A stretch of 64,000 nt of DNA from Chrysomallon squamiferum (GCA_012295275.1 CM022677.1:3968001-4032000); one strand, 5' to 3'. Shown: positions 41,495 to 57,000, counted from the stretch's first letter. The notes: generated by a model not told the origin, from the sequence alone. A program made the numbers and translations.

Positions 41495-42545
41495 CACAGT
41501 TGACTACACACTGATATTTACTGGATTTGTGATTTGTACTTAACACAGTTTTGATTATTTGCTTGTGACAGTATGTTATTGTTTCCAAAGCAATGTAATG
41601 GGTATATTTTATTATTTGTTATTTTTATTTTTCAACAGTTTTAGGATGTTCATAATAATATTGTGGGAAAGTATAATTAATTAACATTTTATTCAGCTAT
41701 TTCTTTTTCCTTCCATTACAACCACTGGTTTTTCTTAACTTTATCATCTGACCTCTTTTTGCGTCAGTTTTTTCATTAGTTAAACTTTAATTTTATAACA
41801 ACAAGAGAAAACAGTTTAATTTGTTTAATAAAATACTTTATACTTAGCATAATTTATCATGTAAATAATTTCACTTAAATGAGAAATAATTATAACAAAA
41901 TTGTTTTTACAACTCTTAAAGATTAAAGTAATTATTTTATTCTTATTTTAAGTTTTCAGACAAAATTCGAGTCTGTGTAGTTAGTTATCTGATTTTTTAT
42001 ATTCTGATTAATCTAATTATGGTGAGGGGTTTTCTGCATATTATTTACAGAATCTGGCTTTTTATCATGAACTTTTAACTATGTTATATATATTTATTGT
42101 GTAGAAAAGATTGTAATGAATGCTAATATATTTAACAGCTTCTGTTACTGTATTATCTAATGTAGTGAAAATTATGTATTATTTACATTTTATAGCTACA
42201 CAATGCATATATGAACTAAATAAATCAAAAATTAGATAAGTGTAATCATAACATCCTGACATTGAAGAATTCCTGTGAAAAGTGAGCTTATCAACACAAC
42301 GTATCATAAGAAAATCAGTAAATTACAACAGATTTCTCAGCACTTTCTGCTGCTGTTTTTTCCAGTAAAACACAGTAAATAAAAATGAGCCAAGCATTTT
42401 GTCAATAATATCAAAATAAATAATGTTGATGTATACAAGCTTCATTTCTGTCAGGTAAAAGGTGTTAAAAGTGCACTGCTCAAAACAGAAATGTGAAGTG
42501 ATATCATAAAAAGATGAATTCTTCTAGAAATGAGTTTTAGTTACT

Positions 42546-43204
42546 GATAATTAGATGTTGACAACTGACTTGAAGATGTACTAATGTGACAGATTTAGTT
42601 AGTGATAATTAGATGTTGACAACTGACTTGAAGATGTACTAATGTGACAGATTTAGTTAGTGATAATTCTTCTAGAAATGAGTTTTAGTTACTGATAATT
42701 AGATGTTGACAACTGACTTGAAGATGTACTAATGTGACAGATTTAGTTAGTGATAATTAGATGTTGACAACTGACTTGAAGATGTACTAATGTGACAGAT
42801 TTAGTTAGTGATAATTAGATGTTGACAACTGACTTGAAGATGTACTAATGTGACAGATTTAGTTAGTGATAATTAGATGTTGACAACTGACTTGAAGATG
42901 TACTAATGTGACAGATTTAGTTAGTGATAATTAGATGTTGACAACTGACTTGAAGATGTACTAATGTGACAGATTTAGTTAGTGATAATTAGATGTTGAC
43001 AACTGACTTGAAGATGTACTAATGTGACAGATTTAGTTAGTGATAATTAGATGTTGACAACTGACTTGAAGATGTACTAATGTGACAGATTTAGTTAGTG
43101 ATAATTAGATGTTGACACCTGACTTGAAGATGTACTAATGTGACAGATTTAGTTAGTGATAATTAGATGTTGACAACTGACTTGAAGATGTACTAATGTG
43201 ACAG
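42546..43204. repeat. 58-bp minisatellite (GATAATTAGATGTTGACAACTGACTTGAAGATGTACTAATGTGACAGATTTAGTTAGT), about 11 near-identical copies
   Basis: 58-bp period, with one interruption that repeats the left flank near 42668. Confidence 0.93.
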
Positions 43205-43987
43205 TGTTTTGACATCTAATCACCTAAATACAGTTTCTTTACACACTGTACGTGTAATCAACATTTCCTGATTGATTTGAGTCACTGAAAACAAGAGTAC
43301 AGTGATTTTGGTATTAGGAAGTTACTTCATCCTGTCATAGGATTGCATCAATTCAATAAGAAATTAAGGGTGACTGTGGAGTAATAACTCATTGTGTTAT
43401 ATTGTATCTAGGTGAATAGTTTGTTTTGATATTATCAGTTTTCAGGAAACAAATTATTCTTATATTTAATGTTTAATGTAGTTGTTTTCTTTTAATTATC
43501 TGTCACATTAATTTTTGTATATTGCATAGTATTTTAGTACACATACACATATACATACATGCATACATGCATACTCATAGACATGCACATATGCACACAT
43601 AATACATACATGTAAATATTTATAAAACTGTTTTATCATTTATACATTTGTTAAGAGTTTATTATATTAAATTATCTGTGTATATAGAAAATTTGATTAC
43701 TCAGTCTTTAATATTTTTAAATAGTGGACAACAAATAAGATCTAATGAAATTTTCTAAAATCTATAAATAAATTATATATAAAAGTTTTGAAATTCAGAC
43801 CGTAATCTATATATTTTTATAACTGTTTGTTATTTAAAATGAATATTGTTCAGAATTTAAAATTTTCTTTAAATGTAACACAAACAGGCAGTAATTTTAC
43901 AATTGTTCTTTGCATATACGGTTATAACATTTTAAACTATTTGAAGAGATTGAAAAATTTATATTTATTAGTATCATAAATTATATT

Positions 43988-44088
<101 letters not shown>

Positions 44089-45309
44089 TATCTCATTTTA
44101 AATGATGAAATAAAAACTGAACCCTGTTTTAACCACTACATAATTACTGTTAATGACTGTAACAGATTTTTGAGACTTTGTCATAAACAGAAAAACTCGT
44201 AGGACAACTTTTATAATTTATTTAAGTTTTGAAACAAAGTAATTAAACAAGACTTTTTCATTATCATTTACATATTTGTTGTTAATGGGTGAAAAGCTAA
44301 AACTAACATTTTCAGGATTATTGTTTTGCTACACACTTGATGTGACTAATGGAGAACAGACCATGTATTTCAAATCAGAATGAGTTATGATGGGCTCTAG
44401 CACCAGTACGTGCATTACTGTTAAATGAAAGATGTATAATAAATGATCTTGTGTAGCTAGTGGAGAAGTGAAATGGTTTGCTCTGTGTTAGCAACAACAA
44501 CAATAAAATCACAGATTATTGTTTCGTTAAAGGTGTTATTGTTTGGTGTGGTTTCATTTTTCTTGTTTTCTGTGTATGTCGTTTGTTTTGTTGTTGTTTT
44601 TATTTCTTCTGCTTAAGCGTGACTAAACAACAAAAACATATATGAAATGTTTAAAATATATTTCTTTAATATTTAATTTTCTTCATTTTTTTCTTTATGT
44701 ATTCGTTTATTTATTTACTTTTTTTTTTTTTTTTATTTTTTTTTTTTACTGATTTTCTGATAATATATTACTATTTGAGTTTATTATTTCTGTACAATAT
44801 TTGTACGAAAATATTCTGAAGAATATTTATATTTAATGCTTATACATAATTTTGTTTTAATAGCTGTAACTGTTAAATGAAAGAGTACGCAGTTACAGAA
44901 ATATTGATGAAAATACATTTTAAAGAGGAGGCAAGATATTCTATACGGACTGGTTTGATTTGAAACAAAATTATTTCATATTGATCAGAAATATTTGTTC
45001 ATAAGATATGAAGAAATTTAAATTTAAATTTTTTAAATAAATCATCTGAAAAATCGTTCATTAAAAAATGGTAACTAATTTCTTTCAAAGTTATTGAAAC
45101 AATAGCATTAATTGCAACTTTATAAACAACGCTCTGAGCAAAATTAGTAAAATGCAGTCATTTTTATTCAGTGCAGTCATTTTCTTCATATATTTAACAT
45201 GTAGAAATAATTTAATGTGTGTAGAAATTGCGTGTGTGTGTGTGTGATTGTGTTTCTGTGTGTGTGTGTGTGATCTACAAATTAAAGGGCGATCTATAGC
45301 CAAAATAAA

Positions 45310-45351
<42 letters not shown>

Positions 45352-46254
45352 AAATTTCTATAATATAAGGAAGAGCTTAATATCTTTAAAGATTAATGCA
45401 TCATACATCACATCCAAGCAAACTTCATTTCTGATTAATATTCGATTTTTTATTCATTCCGACGAATAGCCAGAATACTCCAATTTAAATCCTCAATTTA
45501 AATTTATGCGTGAAAAGTAAGAATAAGAAAAACAAAATAATAATTAAAATAAACGCGAAGATCACACACCAAATAGCACCGTTAATTGAAGTGATCAGTG
45601 TAATATCTGCTTTGAAAATTCTAAAATGTTTAGTTTTCACCTGTAATTCATTATCTGGTAATAAAGATAACACCTAGAAATTTGTGATTCACGTGTGTTT
45701 CTTAATTCACTGTGGCAGTTTGAATGTAACACGTAAACTATCTTGTAAAACTTGACTTAACTATTAAACGTCCCATATTTTATTTTCCTACGTGTTATAA
45801 TACAGCTTTAGTGATCACATACATGTGACATGTAGCAGTGAATGAAATGTGCGGTACTTGTATATTTATATCACATTAACACATTCCTTCTACTTATTTC
45901 ATTTATTTCTTGTCGGATCCACCACTTAAATTTTATCATCTACGAAAATAGAAATAATTCAGATTTGACTATTCTTAATCTTATTTTTTCCTGTCAATCT
46001 ATATATACACAATGTTCCTACATCTCGAAAATAATTTTTCGCATCAGTGATGTTGCCGTCGTCCATATTGTGAAATGAATTTCCGTTTAGAATGCAGTTC
46101 AATTTATTAATCAAAATGTGTTCGCGAAGGAAAACTCCGGCTGTATAACGCTGAAGCAGGGTCTTTTGTTCAAACATTGGGTTGTCATTGTTATTGGAGC
46201 CATGTCTGAACTGGCACAGTTTTCGTTCAAGTTGTCGAAGTCACTCTACATACT

Positions 46255-46389
46255 TAGGCATTTCTCGTTGATGTCGTAACGTGTCTCACAGTCTCGATGA
46301 AACGCCGTACGGCATCAGAAAATAGCTGCTTCAAATCGTCAGGATCAGGCAGACGTTTTAATGGCGACTTAGCGTCACGATTTGTCGTC
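46255..46389 (-). other. Possible orphan terminal coding exon of unknown identity
   Basis: taacag|TTNRDAKSPLKRLPDPDDLKQLFSDAVRRFIETVRHVTTSTRNA*; GC-rich relative to the flanks; no family recognised. Confidence 0.25.
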
Positions 46390-46509
46390 TGTTACACTGA
46401 ATCAGGCATAAATACAAAGAGATAAGAATTAAAAACATATACAAAATGAGAAACGGACGTATGGTATTGAGAAATCTTCGTTGAGAAATCATTCAGATGT
46501 CTCTTTATG

Positions 46510-47135
46510 ATTTGTCACCCGAACGAGAAATGTTGCAGCATCACTGTGTAATTTGTCACCCGAACGAGAAATGTTGCAGCACCACTGTGTAATTTGTCAC
46601 CCGAACGAGAAATGTTGCAGCACCACTGTGTAATTTGTCACCCGAACGAGAAATGTTGCAGCACCACTGTGTAATTTGTCACCCGAACGAGAAATGTTGC
46701 AGCACCACTGTGTAATTTGTCACCCGAACGAGAAATGTTGCAGCATCACTGTGTAATTTGTCACCCGAACGAGAAATGTTGCAGCATCACTGTGTAATTT
46801 GTCACCCGAACGAGAAATGTTGCAGCATCACTGTGTAATTTGTCACCCGAACGAGAAATGTTGCAGCACCACTGTGTAATTTGTCACCCGAACGAGAAAT
46901 GTTGCAGCACCACTGTGTAATTTGTCACCCGAACGAGAAATGTTGCAGCATCACTGTGTAATTTGTCACCCGAACGAGAAATGTTGCAGCATCACTGTGT
47001 AATTTGTCACCCGAACGAGAAATGTTGCAGCATCACTGTGTAATTTGTCACCTGAACGAGAAATGTTGCAGCATCACTGTGTAATTTGTCACCCGGACGA
47101 CAAATGTTGCAGCACCACTGTGTAATTTGTCACCC
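46510..47135. repeat. 41-bp minisatellite (ATTTGTCACCCGAACGAGAAATGTTGCAGCA[T/C]CACTGTGTA), about 15 copies
   Basis: 41-bp period, two sequence variants, no spacers. Confidence 0.93.
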
Positions 47136-47524
47136 GTGTGACTGAACGCGACACGACAGTGTATCTTTATAAGTGAGCTGTTACTGTGTTAAGAATGATT
47201 CATATTAGCGCTCAAGTTATCCAGATTCTAATGTATAGCTCATTTTAAATATACTGTGTTTATTTATTTGTTTGTTTCTTAATTCATTATTTGTTATTTA
47301 TTTATTTATTTATTTATTTATTTTTTGTTTTGTAAGGTTGTTTTTGGCTTGTTTTATTTGCAAATTTAGTTAATAATAATAATTTGTTAACTATCTAACT
47401 GAATGAATGAGTAAATAAACAATAATAGTAAGAACTCTTATTTTTCTTCTCTTTATTTTTTTTTTTTTTTTTAAAATTTTTCTTGCTATGTTTGTGATTT
47501 GTCTGAAGAGGGATTTCTTGGCAG

Positions 47525-47651
47525 ATCTTACTGAAACTGCGAATGAACTAGAGATAGTACAACACTTTGAAAGAGATCAAATTAGAACAAGGAGAAGTTT
47601 GAATATAAGGCCCTAGAAGAGGCATCACAAAATCCAAAAGAGAAATGCAAA
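47525..47651 (+). pseudogene. Orphan exon resembling a propeptide with furin-type sites; in-frame TAG
   Basis: gcag|DLTETANELEIVQHFERDQIRTRRSLNIRP*KRHHKIQKRNA|gtaagt; consensus donor. Confidence 0.3.
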
Positions 47652-48198
47652 GTAAGTTTTTACTTTGCAGTTTTAGACATGGCCATACAATCTGTTGATG
47701 AGAGATTCAGCTACAACATTATATTTCACTGTTTGCCTTTCGGTGGTGAGCATAGGTTCCCAAAGCGTATGAAACAGAGACTAGTTGGCTGCATTTATAC
47801 CTCCGCCGCAACAGTAGCAACAACAACAACAACAATAATAATAAAAACGAATACAAACAACCAAATGTTTTCTCAAAAATAAGCTAGAAATAAGCTTGGG
47901 AACTCATGTCAGAGATATATTTTAATATTTGGTTCACTTTTAAGTTGTATGATAATTCAAACATTCATCTTCATTCCAACATGACACCAACTGCCCAGCA
48001 ACGACATCATGAAAACACAATAAATAAACAATAATAATAATATGAAATAAATTTAAAATATTTTAAAAATTAAAAAAAAAAAAAAAGAAGTAAAGATTAG
48101 ATTTGATCTAGATTGGAAATAAAATAAATAAATAAAATAAACTTGAATAATGGAAATAAAATAGAAAATAAAAACAAACATAAATTGAAATAATAAAA

Positions 48199-48804
<606 letters not shown>

Positions 48805-49150
48805 TATTACTGTTGATTTTTTGTTATTGTTGTTGTTGTTGTTGTTATTTTATGACTGTGACGTCATAGCGTTTTATTTAATTTTCATCTTCACCTTTAT
48901 GGCTTTGCATAAATTCAGAATATTAAACTCGTCACGATTTTCCTTGTTTCCTTTTTTCTTTTGCTTTCTTTTTTTTATTCTCATTGTTCTCTTATTATTA
49001 TTTTAAATTTTATTTATTTATTGTTATTACATATATATATTTTGTTTTTTTTTTTCTCATATATCTCTTTTTTATTATTATTATTATTGTTGTTGTTGTT
49101 GTTGTTGTTGTTGTCATTCTGTAGACCCAGTGGTTTGTGTCATTGCGCGC

Positions 49151-49205
<55 letters not shown>

Positions 49206-49338
49206 TTATTTTTTGTTGGTTTTCTTCAGAGAGAATTTGTTATTTTTATAAACATGTTTATTTATACAGTAGGTAGCACCGTGCAACAGATGTCGTGTCG
49301 GTTTCAAGTATTTTCAACCATATCATGAAAACAAATAA

Positions 49339-49384
<46 letters not shown>

Positions 49385-49719
49385 ATAAAAAAAAAATTAT
49401 AAAAAAAAAAAAAAAAAAAAATATATATAAAAAAAATATATATATAACTTCCGTTTAAACGCAGACTATATGCATTTAAACGGACATTACGATCTTTGAG
49501 TGATAATTTAACAGAAACAGATCTTCACATCCCAGGATATAACTGTCTGAGATGAGCAATGGTCAATTATTTACTACAAGATAGTATAATACTATCGTCA
49601 TCATACTACACAAAACAAGCTTTTATTCCTGTTTCGATCTCATCTAATTACAATGCATTTAGCAGCCTAGACAAGGGTTAGGAGATGCCACCCGCAGTTT
49701 TCAATATATATATATATAC

Positions 49720-49798
49720 ATATGTATGTATGTATGTATGTCTGTCTGTCTGTATGTATGTATGTATGTATGTATGTATGTATGTATATGTATGTATG

Positions 49799-49832
<34 letters not shown>

Positions 49833-50114
49833 TGTATGTATGTATGTATGTATGTATGTATGTATGTATGTATGTATGTATGTATGTATGTATGTATGTA
49901 TGTATGTATGTATGTATGTATGTATGTATGTATGTATGTATGTATGTATGTATGTATGTATGTATGTATGTATGTATGTATGTATGTATGTATGTATGTA
50001 TGTATGTATGTATGTATGTATGTATGTATGTATGTATGTATGTATGTATGTATGTATGTATGTATGTATGTATGTATGTATGTATGTATGTATGTATGTA
50101 TGTATGTATGTATG
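49720..50114. repeat. (TATG)n microsatellite
   Basis: About 390-bp tetranucleotide run. Confidence 0.95.
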
Positions 50115-50235
50115 AATACAGGAACAATGAAGTGTATATTTGCAACATGTGTGTGTGATTTGCATGTATGTATATTTATGATGATGAATGTATGTATGAA
50201 CAATAGTGTGTATGTTTGTATGTGCTCTATGTCAT

Positions 50236-50905
50236 TTGCAGATGTTGCTCTATGATTTGCAGCTGTCGCTCTATGATTTGCAGCTGTCGCTCTATGATTT
50301 GCAGATGTCGCTCTGTGATTTGCAGATGTCGCTCTATGATTTGCAGATGTCGCTCTATGATTTGCAGATGTCGCTCTGTGATTTGCAGATGTCGCTCTAT
50401 GATTTGCAGATGTCGCTCTATGATTTGCAGATGTCGCTCTATGATTTGCAGATGTCGCTCTATGATTTGCAGCTGTCGCTCTATGATTTGCAGATGTCGC
50501 TCTATGATTTGCAGATGTTTTCTATGATTTGCAGATGTCGCTCTATGATTTGCAGATGTCGCTCTATGATTTGCAGCTGTCGCTCTATGATTTGCAGCTG
50601 TCGCTCTATGATTTGCAGATGTCGCTCTATGATTTGCAGCTGTCGCTCTGTGATTTGCAGATGTCGCTCTATGATTTGCAGATGTCGCTCTATGATTTGC
50701 AGATGTCGCTCTATGATTTGCAGCTGTCGCTCTATGATTTGCAGCTGTCGCTCTATGATTTGCAGCTGTCGCTCTATGATTTGCAGCTGTCGCTCTATGA
50801 TTTGCAGCTGTCGCTCTGTGATTTGCAGCTGTCGCTCTGTGATTTGCAGCTGTCGCTCTATGATTTGCAGCTGTCGCTCTGTGATTTGCAGCTGTCGCTC
50901 TATGA
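50236..50905. repeat. 21-bp minisatellite (TGATTTGCAG[A/C]TGTCGCTCT[A/G]), about 32 copies
   Basis: 21-bp period; one 20-bp unit near 50520. Confidence 0.93.
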
Positions 50906-52109
50906 TGAACGAGAACAGGGGACACATCGCGACACGTTATCTTTGTAAGTCAGCTGTTAACAATCACTGAGATCAGCGGTCAAGTTATCAAGGTGTAACT
51001 GAATTTAAATATGCTGTATTTATTTATTTGTTTGTTAGTTTATTTTTTCTTCTTCCTTTCCTTGTTTTTGTTCTTGTTCTTTTGTCGTCTTCTTCTCCTT
51101 CTAAGCGCGACACTGTTTGTGGTTTTTCTTTTCCGGTTTCCGATTTGGACAATTCTGGAAATGTATTTCTCCTCCAGGAAGAGAGAGAAATCATTAAAAT
51201 ATAATTAATAGACAGATATGGTGTTGCCAGTGTTCATTTTACGTCCCTAAAGGATGTATCACGAAAAAGTGAGACAACTGCGAACCTATGTTTATTTACT
51301 TAACAAATTATTTATTTAAGAACAGATGAAGCTAATGCAACTTTTACCACTTGATCTATTAGAGATAAATAATAATAAAAACAAATTTTGTTTTTATTAT
51401 TATTTTTTTTAATTGTTTTTTTCTTATGCTATGACATTGGTAAAATAAAAAGGGAGACTACTCATGCGGTACTAACACACTCTTGTTCCGTGTTTCATAG
51501 TGCACACTGTAAAACAACGCGAGAGATAAACACTGTATTTTTAAATCTACTCGAATAAATCATTGTGTAAAATAAAATTTATAACTGACAGCTTATTTGT
51601 TTGTTTGTGTATCAAACTGTCTACGTACTCAGTGATGAACACATTTTTAAATGGCGCCGTTTCAAACATATTTAATCGTGTTTTGGGGGTTTTTGTTGTT
51701 GTTTTTCTTGGAATCAAATTTTCTTGGCTTAATGTCTGTTTTTGTTTATTAATATCATGTTATCTCAGAGAACGTGGCAACCGTCATTGTTTGTTTGTTT
51801 GTTTGTGTATTACAGAAAATTATCAGTCAGTGCTGTCTCAAAAGTATACTAAACATCGCCATATAATAATATGTTTAATAGCACAAATATGTTTATATTG
51901 GAAAAATTGTGTTTGTTAATAAGAACTGCATTTGAGAGAGAATGTCGTCCATGTTAAACATCCACGCATGCGCATTTTGATTTTTGTTATTATATATCTG
52001 TAATAAATTCTTCTCTGTACTGCAATCCTGCATTCTACGAGAATAAAGTCATTTGTGATATTCACTGCCGCTGGTTGAATACACAGACGTCGTGTTTTCA
52101 TTTTGACAG

Positions 52110-52314
52110 CCTTTTTTGTTTGGGATCAAATCTACATGGCGGACATGATTCCTGCACTTCAGTAAATAACAACCACGACGGCTGCGATGCAGGCAGAACA
52201 TCTGAAACGAAAGGGAAATCTGCCGACAGCTGTTGTTGTAACTCTCTGGGTCTGAGTGACGACAGTGATGATGATGATGTGACGATGTTGATGCAAACAT
52301 TGTTTGGAACTTAA
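52110..52314 (+). other. Possible orphan terminal coding exon (Cys-rich, acidic)
   Basis: ttttgacag|..LFCLGSNLHGGHDSCTSVNNNHDGCDAGRTSETKGKSADSCCCNSLGLSDDSDDDDVTMLMQTLFGT*; no family recognised. Confidence 0.25.
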
Positions 52315-52418
52315 TTTATTTGATTAAATTAACAAAAGACAGAAATAAATATCCGCTGAAACTGACAACTGATGAACAAGTCCGTCTTCAGTGGTAGATG
52401 TATCCAACCTCAAAAGAT

Positions 52419-52578
<160 letters not shown>

Positions 52579-54033
52579 GAAGATCTGCAATGTTCTGCTG
52601 TTGGATGTTTTCTCGCTGTTTGCTAGGTAAATGTGAAATACTTTCAAATATGCTGCTATGATCGGACATTGTCAGTGAGTATATTATTTTTTTTTATTTG
52701 TTTTTCAGATCATTTCTCAACTTGGTATGAAGATTAAGTGACTGGCATATCGAAAATAGATCTATGGTTTTTGATCGGAAATTAATTTAGCAAACCGAGC
52801 ATTAAATTCTTTAATAATTCGATCTAGATCACTACATTAGCAACCAGTTTAATAAACTCTTCCAATTTTTCTAACATTTTAGCTGACATTTCTATATTTA
52901 ATATCTTTTTGTATTTGAATAATCATTTATGATTGTGTACGACACAAAACAAATGTCTTTTGTGGTTAATAGAAAAACACATATGCACTTACATACAAAC
53001 AGAAAGAAAGAAAACTAAAAAAAAAAAAAAGTATAAACAACAAAACAAAAGAAACAACAAAATATGAAGAAAAAAGGAAAAAAGATGAAACAAGAATCAG
53101 AAAAAGCAAGGAAAAGAAAAGAAACAGGAAAAAGGATAAGCCAAGATATAATAAAAACAAAACAAAAACAACACACTCTCTTTCTCTCTCATAATTATGT
53201 AAAATTTATTAATATTAAACTAATTTTAAAATTCATTCAGTCTTAGTCCTTTGCTTTTTATCAATACATAATTTTGTTTTTATTACCAATACTTTTTAAA
53301 CTTTAAGTGTAATGAAATAATACATAAAATATAAGATAAAAATAAAATAATAATAATAATAATAATAATTATTATTATTTGAATAGTATTAATTAATAAT
53401 TAAATTAATAAATAAAAATAGTAAAATAAAAAATAATTCAAATATAGAATTCTTATTTGATGTGAAGAAACAATATTTACAATATATATAAAAAACACAA
53501 ACATATTTGTTATAAAAGAATTTTTTTATTGAAACAACTTTGAAACACTTGAGAACTAAACAAAAACAATCTATGATAATGTGTTCAAGGGACATAATTC
53601 TAAAACGAAAATGTCTGCTATAGATGTTCTACAAAACTGCAAAACCTAATCCTATATTTTTGTAATAAGTCTTTTCCTGAGCAATTTTCACACACTGAAA
53701 GAATTATCTCCCTTTACGTGTTTTTCTGTAAAGAGGTAAAATATGTAATTGGTTGACAGCTATCTGCTGACTTCTAAACAAACTACAAATTCAGAAAAAA
53801 AATAAAGAAGAAAAAAGAAAATCAAAAATCTGTTTATAGATAACAATTATTTTTAAAAACCTATATCAGAAGAAAAGAAAAAATATTTTAATACTTCTTA
53901 ACTTTAACAATTTCAAAAGTAGTGAGAGAAAATGAAAATAAAAAAGAACATAGAGAAAATTAATGTTGAATGACATCAACATACAAACTACTACAGCACT
54001 GATTCTGCTCGGAATATTCCCTACACTTCTGTT

Positions 54034-57000
54034 TCAGTCCATGGGATTTTCATACTTTACTGAAAAAAAAATGAAAGCAAGAAACAACAGATATTACAGT
54101 GTTTTTTAATTCTTTCATTTATTCTCTTCTCCATTCATTCAATCATTTCTTCTTAGATTCACTTTTATTTTTTTTGTTATGAAATGGTACATTCATTTTC
54201 AACCAATCACTAATTAATTTGTTCATTCATCTATCCGTCCATCCACCCATCCATTCATTTACTCATTCATTCACTCATTCATTCACTCATTCATTTACTC
54301 ATTTTCATTCACTCATTCATTCACTCATTCATTTCATTTTCATTCATTCATTTTCATTTTTCATTCATGAATTCATTCATTCATTCATTCATTCATTCAT
54401 TCATTCATTCATTTCATTCATTCATTCACTCATTCATTCATCATTCATTCATTCATTCATTCATTCTCATTCATTCATTCATTCATTCATTCACTCATTC
54501 ATTCATTCATTCATTCATTCACTCATTCATTCACTCATTCATTCATTCATTTCATTCATTTCACATTCATTCATTTCATTCATCATTCATTCATTCACTC
54601 ATTCACTCATTCATTTTCATTCATTCACTCATTCATTCACTCATTCATTTCATTCATTCATTCATTCATTTCATTCATTTCATTCATTCATTCATTCATT
54701 TCATTCATTCACTCATTCATTCATTCATTCACTCATTCATTCACTCATTCATTCACTCATTCATTTACTCATTCATTCACTCATTCATTCACTCATTCAT
54801 TTACTCATTCATTTACTCATTCATTCACTCATTCATTCACTCATTCATTCATTCATTCATTTACTCATTCATTCATGATGTTACCTTCATCAAGAAGCTC
54901 TATGTATCCTGACTGACTGGGGGGTCAGGTGACAAGTAATCATCTCCGCCTCCCAGGAACTGCAGGGGTGGGGGAGGTGAGGGGATGTTCAGTTCAGCTT
55001 CATCAAAATCCTGACACGGCAAAACTACTTCATCTGAAAACACAAACAAATGTACGTAACTACCGACTTTTTGATTTTCTCTTTCTAAATACTTCTTTTT
55101 TTACTATCTGCACATCAATGTGTAATCAAACATATTTGATAAAAAAAAAATAATAATAAAAAAAATAATAATAATTCAAAGATAAAACATGTTGTTTATT
55201 TTTATCTGATTCTCCATCAGAAGATTCAGTTTTATATAAAAATTACCTCTATATTCTGTTTAACAAATATATTTTCAACTTTTAAAACTTACAAATTTTA
55301 CTTTAGATTTATTATCAACATATTAACAGCAATGCACTGTTATTTATTTATATTCTTTATTCATAAAAAATTATGTTTGTCATGAAAATGTTTACCTTTT
55401 TCTTTAACATCAAACTTTTTATTTCATATTTGATATCCAAATGTTTTACTTTGTAATTGATCTAAAATGTTTACTTTATATTTAACTATTTACTCTATAA
55501 CTGACATCAAATTATATACTTTGTATACATTAAAATATTTGCTTCATATTTGACGTCAAAATGTTTCACTTTTTCTTTGACATGAAACTGTTAACTTTAC
55601 ATCATGTTTACTGTAGACATCACAATGTTTACGGTATACCTGACATCACAATGTTTACCTTTGTCACTAAGGAAGCGTACTGAATCAGAGTTACGTTGTG
55701 GGTTGGCTAGGTCAGTTTGTGCAGGAGACCTTTTCAGACAGTGCACCTCTGCGACTGATTCAAGCTGAGCTTTCCCATCAGCCACCTGAGAATTTAAAAT
55801 TAATTATTATCTTCACACACAGTGTGCCTTAACCAGTTTTAACTGACAGATTCAAGTATCATTTAAAAAAGAGAAAAAAGCAAATTTGTTTTTCTTTAAT
55901 GAGAAATGTAGTCTAAATATTGTTAATTTACATTTTTTTTTATATTACACTTTTATTTTTATCTCTCTACAGACATCATTACTTACTAATTCTCAAATGT
56001 CAATATTTTAACACAGTTTTGTTTCAGAACTGTTTGCTTGTATAAAATTTGTAAAATTTGAGTTTAAGTACAAAATGTGATTTTCTTTATGTCAGAATTT
56101 CCTTCTTTCTGAATAACCAGTACACACCACGAAATCAATGAGAGAGAGAGAGAGAATTACAGAGCAAATGTGTACATATCTACATACCTCAGTACAACAC
56201 TAATCTAAATGACATTAATTAATACAAGTTAAAAGTCTCACGTCTTTGTGAGGAGGTGAATTCTCAAGTTCGAGTAGACGTAGATATTCTGTGTCAGGAG
56301 GTGAATTCTCAAGTTCGAGTAGACGTTGTAAATATTCTTTGTCAGGAGGTGAACTGTCAGGTTCAGGTATAGGTTGTACATATCCTGGGTGAGGAGTTGA
56401 ACTGTCAGGTAAAGGTTGTACATATCCTGGGTGAGGAGGGGAACTGTCAGGTCCAGGTACAGGTTGTACATATCCTGGGTGAGGAGGTGAACTGTCAGGT
56501 CCAGGTACAGGTTGTACATATCCTGGGTGAGGAGGTGAACTGTCAGGTCCAGGTACAGGTTGTACATATCCTGGGTGAGGAGGTGAACTGTCAGGTTCAG
56601 GTACAGGTTGTACATATCCTGGGTGAGGAGGTGAACTGTCAGGTTCAGGTACAGGTTGTACATATCCTGGGTGAGGAGGATGAACTGTCAGGTTCAGGTA
56701 CAGGTTGTACATATCCTGGGTGAGGAGGATGAACTGTCAGGTACAGGTTGTACATATCCTGGGTGAGGAGGTGAACTGTCAGGTTCAGGTACAGGTTGTA
56801 CATATCCTGGGTGAGGAGGTGAACTGTCAGGTACACGTTGTACATATCCTGGGTGAGGAGGTGAACTGTCAGGTTCAGGTACAGGTTGTACATATCCTGG
56901 GTGAGGAGATGAACTGTCAGGTTCAGGTACAGGTTGTACATATCCTGGGTGAGGAGATGAACTGTCAGGTCAGGTACAGGTTGTACATATCCTGGGTGAG

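Noticed and set aside
54219-54912. His/Ser/Phe/Ile-rich ORFs
   Set aside because: (TCAT)n microsatellite lying in an intron on the opposite strand.
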